From positions 1 to 42,008 of IMG/VR virus record IMGVR_UViG_3300045988_028709: DNA of 42,008 nt; one strand, 5' to 3'. Positions within the stretch are counted from its first letter, which is position 1; every line of letters begins with the position of its first letter. Positions 39,765-42,008 of the stretch are shown piece by piece. The notes below the pieces were generated by a model. That model did not search any database, had not been told where the DNA came from, and was given only the letters and a program-made list of their open reading frames with translations. The position numbers and the translations under genes are program-made. The stretch comes from a virus.

Positions 39765-40253
39765 TTATTCATGTTCCACGATCCCGTGATAATACGCCGC
39801 CAGCTTTTTCTTTGCTCCCGGTCCGTCCTTGTCCATCAGAAATGCCCTTGCCATATCTGCGTAGAACTCTGCAATGGACACGCCGTATTTCTCCGCCACG
39901 CCGGAATAGTCGGAATACATCATGTTCATGGTGATCCACCAGCAGGGCCGGGAAACCTTTTCCCAGGTCATGCCCATGCTTTCCGCAACAGCGGTAGTCT
40001 GGTCAACGCCCCAATGGGGGCCTGTGGTACCGTCCTCGTTTCGGAGCATTGCAGACCACGCCGTCGCATCCTGTTCTGTAAAACCGTCAGACGTGCGGGT
40101 GCAGTCTTTCATGGCGGCAAGCGCAGACCAGCAGTCCAGCATCCCACGAATCGCGCAGGCGGACCGCTCGCTGGCTGGCATCCGCATATACTCAGAAATG
40201 CCGTGTTCCAGCTTTTCCAGATATTCCGCGATCTGGTCTTTGTTCATGCCCAT
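39765..40253 (-). CDS. Hypothetical protein (NEDGTTGPHW..DQT motif)
   Basis: 162-aa ORF, last gene of the cassette. I have seen the motif in other Firmicute phage proteins but cannot name a family. Confidence 0.6.
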   Translation of the reverse strand: MGMNKDQIAEYLEKLEHGISEYMRMPASERSACAIRGMLDCWSALAAMKDCTRTSDGFTEQDATAWSAMLRNEDGTTGPHWGVDQTTAVAESMGMTWEKVSRPCWWITMNMMYSDYSGVAEKYGVSIAEFYADMARAFLMDKDGPGAKKKLAAYYHGIVEHE

Positions 40254-40261
40254 AGTCCACC

Positions 40262-40666
40262 TCAGATCTTCTCAACCCGTGCGGCAACGTTGTTGACGGT
40301 GGAAGCCGCGCCGGTCAGCAGCAAGGTCAGCACGGAACCGGTGGAGCAGCAGCCCAGCCGGACAGTCGCAGGGAACGCCAGCGTCACGGTATTAGCAACA
40401 GCCGCCACCGTAGCGGCAGCAGTTGCGCCGGGGACGGCAACGCCGTCCTTCAAAAGCTGAACCGTCACCGTTCCGGCGGCGTCGGGGACGGCTTCAACAG
40501 ACACGTCCACATCGTAGTAGCCCTGTCCGTTGATGGCGATCCCGTTTCCGTTCAGATTGCAGTTGCATCCGTAGCGCCGGACGATGGTTCCCAGAGGGAT
40601 AATGCCATTCACCGCAACGGCGGTCGGAGTCTGCATCGCGGTGTAAATCAAAGATTTGCAGCTCAT
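40262..40666 (-). CDS. Stand-alone BclA-C-terminal-like (C1q/TNF-type jelly-roll) protein
   Basis: 134 aa. GQGYYDVDVSVEAV...GTVTVQLLKDGVAVPGA......LTLLLTG...STVNNVAARVEKI parallels the Bacillus BclA C-terminal domain pattern (G.Y.I.V....LTIQVNGVPVPG......VIVTG......IIIEKV). AGGAGG 8 nt upstream. Confidence 0.6.
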   Translation of the reverse strand: MSCKSLIYTAMQTPTAVAVNGIIPLGTIVRRYGCNCNLNGNGIAINGQGYYDVDVSVEAVPDAAGTVTVQLLKDGVAVPGATAAATVAAVANTVTLAFPATVRLGCCSTGSVLTLLLTGAASTVNNVAARVEKI

Positions 40667-40680
40667 ATAAATAACCTCCT

Positions 40681-40712
40681 AATAATAAATGGGCGGAGCA
40701 CCGGCCCCGCCC
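40681..40712 (-). terminator. Possible internal terminator/attenuator in the cassette
   Basis: On the - strand GGGCGG (40707-40712) pairs with CCGCCC (40691-40696), followed by AUUUAUUAUU (40681-40690). A second perfect 9-bp hairpin lies at 40737-40757. Confidence 0.35.
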
Positions 40713-40761
40713 GTAACCCGGCCAGAAGGGCCTGAACTATTTCCGATCCGGAAATAGCTGC

Positions 40762-41373
40762 TCAGATGTTGCCGCCGCAGCCGTTGTTGCAGCCGCAGAA
40801 GGGAGAGGGACCGGCGTTGTAGGTGTAGCCGGTGGGATACCGCACTACGCCGCACAGCTGCTCACGCATGTAGAGCTGGCTGTTGGCCTGCTCCAGCTGC
40901 GCGATCCGACCCTCAAGCTGGCTCTTTTCCAGAGCCGCGAACTTGGCATCAATGTTGGCGTTGATGCCGTCCAGCGCCCGCTGGGTGGTGCAGCAGCACT
41001 CCGCCATCTGAGCCTGAATATTGTTGCCGGTCTGCATGATGGCCATGTTGGTGCCGTTCTGGGCCAAGGCCATCTCCTTGCCCAGATTGCCGATGCCGCC
41101 CTGCATCTCATAGCCCAGGTTGCAGATGCCGTTGCCGATGTTGGTCAGGCGGTCGTTGATCTGGCCAAACTGCTGGCCGAACAGGATCTCCTGCTGACTA
41201 GCCGCCGTGGCGTACTGGCCGAACTCACCCTGACGGGCGCCGAAGCCGAAGCCACCGCCACCGCTCATGAGGACAAACAGGAACAGGATGATGATCCACC
41301 AGGCGCCGCTGGTGCCTGCGCCGTCATTGTCACGGGTGACGGCTGCGAGATCGCTCAAAGTATAGTTATCCAT
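40762..41373 (-). CDS. Single-TM protein with Gly-rich segment, coiled coil and Cys-rich C-terminus
   Basis: 203 aa. WWIIILFLFVLMSGGGGFGFG TM/Gly block, CCC and CGCNNGCGGNI motifs. No family recognised. Confidence 0.6.
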   Translation of the reverse strand: MDNYTLSDLAAVTRDNDGAGTSGAWWIIILFLFVLMSGGGGFGFGARQGEFGQYATAASQQEILFGQQFGQINDRLTNIGNGICNLGYEMQGGIGNLGKEMALAQNGTNMAIMQTGNNIQAQMAECCCTTQRALDGINANIDAKFAALEKSQLEGRIAQLEQANSQLYMREQLCGVVRYPTGYTYNAGPSPFCGCNNGCGGNI

Positions 41374-41418
41374 ATCTGATCTCCTTTCAAAATTTAAAAC
41401 AAGCCGTTGCGCACCGGC

Positions 41419-41640
41419 CTATTTACCAAGAAATGCCAGAAAGTCCCGGGCTTGCTGTTGGAGCTGCTGGAACTGATCCTGAGACATGGTTCCGTCCGCC
41501 AGCAGCTTTTCAACCTGCTGCTGCGCCCGCTGGGGCGTCATGTTGGCCGCGAACTTCCGGAACTCCGCTATCATGGCGATGGGATTATTCGGCATTCTGC
41601 TTCCGCTTCCCCGGAGCATCTGCATCATCGGGTTTGCCAC
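41419..41640 (-). CDS. Small Gln-rich helical protein (start uncertain)
   Basis: 73-aa ORF overlapping the upstream gene end. An internal start at MPNNPIAMI is also possible. Confidence 0.5.
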   Translation of the reverse strand: MANPMMQMLRGSGSRMPNNPIAMIAEFRKFAANMTPQRAQQQVEKLLADGTMSQDQFQQLQQQARDFLAFLGK

Positions 41641-41968
41641 TCAGCATCTCCTCCAATCTTTTCACACGGTTTTCCAGTCCGGCCACGTCCACCGGGGCCG
41701 CTGCCTGATACGGTGTCACCGTGTAGGGTGTCACCGTGGCGTAGCCTGCTCCGTCTGTCTGCTTGAGCCACACGATGGGGTCATTCTCGTCCATCAGCAG
41801 GATGGAGCTGTTAGGGGCCATTCTAAAAGCCTCTGCGCCGTTTCTGCCGTTGACCCTGGTAACTTGTCCACCAAACGCCTGGGGCGCTCCTGCGGCACCC
41901 TGCGGGGCCGCAGGTGGGTATCCGTAGGGGCTTCCGTACCCCTGATAGGGATTCGCAAAATAATTCAT
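41585..41968 (-). CDS. Hypothetical protein with Pro/Gly/Tyr-rich N-terminus; spans the circular junction repeat
   Basis: Start at MNYFANPYQGYG (41968), 6 nt after AAGGAGG. Conserved-looking core VNGRNGAEAFRMAPNSSILLMDENDPIVWLKQTDGAGY. Confidence 0.6.
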   Translation of the reverse strand: MNYFANPYQGYGSPYGYPPAAPQGAAGAPQAFGGQVTRVNGRNGAEAFRMAPNSSILLMDENDPIVWLKQTDGAGYATVTPYTVTPYQAAAPVDVAGLENRVKRLEEMLSGKPDDADAPGKRKQNAE

Positions 41969-42008
41969 AGCGCACCTCCTTTTTCTGCCTTTATGGTACA
42001 AAAAAAGA
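41890..42008. repeat. Terminal direct repeat, identical to 1-119
   Basis: Direct comparison shows identity. Confidence 0.95.

Larger units (their letters stand above)
1..42008. mobile_element. Complete temperate tailed-phage genome, circularly closed contig (unique length 41,889 bp)
   Basis: Exact 119-nt overlap between the two ends. Full set of phage modules: serine recombinase plus CI/Cro-like HTHs, recombination/replication genes, TerS/TerL, portal, scaffold, capsid, fibres, holin/endolysin. Confidence 0.9.

Noticed and set aside
1-42008. Stop-codon reassignment with a suppressor tRNA
   Set aside because: The tRNA-like element has a normal Trp anticodon (CCA). All large genes, including the 3,013-codon ORF, are open in the standard code.

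Overview
The window is a complete temperate tailed-phage (or excised prophage) genome assembled as a circle. Nt 1-119 recur exactly at 41890-42008, giving a unique length of 41,889 bp. Nearly everything is transcribed on the - strand as one tightly packed series with many ATGA-type overlaps. The - strand order is: Cro-like HTH (start 35488), three micro-ORFs, a Lar-like Zn-ribbon, Rad52-type SSAP, YqaJ exonuclease, NinB-like protein, HNH, SSB, a replisome organiser with internal heptamer repeats, two DNA methyltransferases, RusA, many small Cys-rich proteins and three small regulators. Next comes an 885-nt ORF-free, hairpin-dense region with a central tRNA-like module (25454-26338). After it: TerS, TerL, portal, Prp-like protease, scaffold, capsid, a fibre, two paralogous putative receptor-binding proteins, holin, endolysin, further virion proteins and a 3,013-aa giant multidomain protein (471-9512). 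The series ends with a sigma-region-4-like gene, a strong terminator, and a 5-gene cassette (41968 down to 39765) that stops at a terminator and a candidate attP. A + strand lysogeny island (35558-39689) carries a membrane-anchored wHTH, a CI-like repressor, an AT-rich membrane moron, a membrane-anchored XRE protein and a large serine recombinase. I saw no rRNA, CRISPR, transposase or reverse transcriptase. No tail tube, sheath or conventional tape-measure gene is recognisable, so a podovirus-like virion with a giant ejected protein is my guess. The items most worth a second look are the large candidate ncRNA with its embedded tRNA-like element, the giant polyvalent-type protein, a promoter-to-terminator antisense sRNA unit (35186-35286), the convergently overlapping gene pairs in the immunity region, and the attP-proximal cassette. 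A Clostridia-class Firmicute host is inference only, based on the GC-rich sequence, AGGAGG ribosome-binding sites, Prp/L27-type processing and a BclA-like domain.
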